A stretch of 64,000 bases of DNA from Torpedo marmorata (Eukaryota), in the NCBI GenBank assembly GCA_977017645.1, contig OZ360239.1:71672001-71736000 (forward strand), in the 5' to 3' direction. Numbering within the stretch: the first letter of the stretch is position 1; each line of letters opens with the position of its first letter. The position numbers and the translations under genes were made by a program. Under the pieces are notes generated by a model that was not told the DNA's origin, did no database searches, and saw nothing but the letters and a program-made list of their open reading frames with translations. Shown one piece after another: positions 63,642 to 64,000 of this stretch.

Positions 63642-64000
63642 TTCCCCACAAGGTTTCAGGATTTGGTAGCTCAGGAAGGAGGGAGGCGAACAGCCCTGGG
63701 AGAGAGATGAGGAAGTAGCATCTCAGCCTTGCTCAGTCGACGCATTCTCAGCGGGGTTTGGTCACTTTCTGAAATGGCTAGAAGTCAGAACAAGATTAGT
63801 GTTTAAATAATGCAGCATCCAACAGAAGGGGGAGAAATGAGCCTCTGCTATTGCAGAGTCACCTTGCTGACATATCTCAGGTTAGAAATGCAAGCCTTAA
63901 GCAGGATAGCAATAGGTATGAGTTTTATTGTGGCCACATTTCCACAACAGAACCTTGGCCAAGGTTTTGGTGACTGCTAGGCAGGCTGCTTGTGGGCCCT

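Overview
Eukaryotic, repeat-rich vertebrate DNA, most likely a cartilaginous fish (inferred from HE1/V-SINE-like SINEs, CR1 LINEs and many Penelope-derived repeats). The window appears to lie inside one + strand gene, ARID5B (MRF2). Five phase-compatible GT-AG coding exons (equivalent to human exons 5-9) encode the AT-hook-like GRPRK motif and the ARID DNA-binding domain, and there is a candidate alternative first exon for the short isoform. The introns hold a near-full-length CR1 LINE, nested L1-clade fragments, Rex1/Babar-like fragments, Penelope-like elements (one 3.2-kb inverted insertion plus many miniatures with 14-16 bp TSDs and minimal hammerhead-like motifs), tRNA-derived SINEs and several non-autonomous DNA transposons, plus a 392-N gap. 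Most notable observations: (1) the CR1 ORF1/ORF2 junction has an in-frame U_UUA_AAC -1 frameshift heptamer leading into an ORF2 with no AUG before its endonuclease motifs; (2) a size series of fold-back Penelope insertions; (3) a fragment very similar to mammalian MER44/Tigger7. Repeat family names come from motif recognition, not database searches, and most repeat boundaries are approximate.
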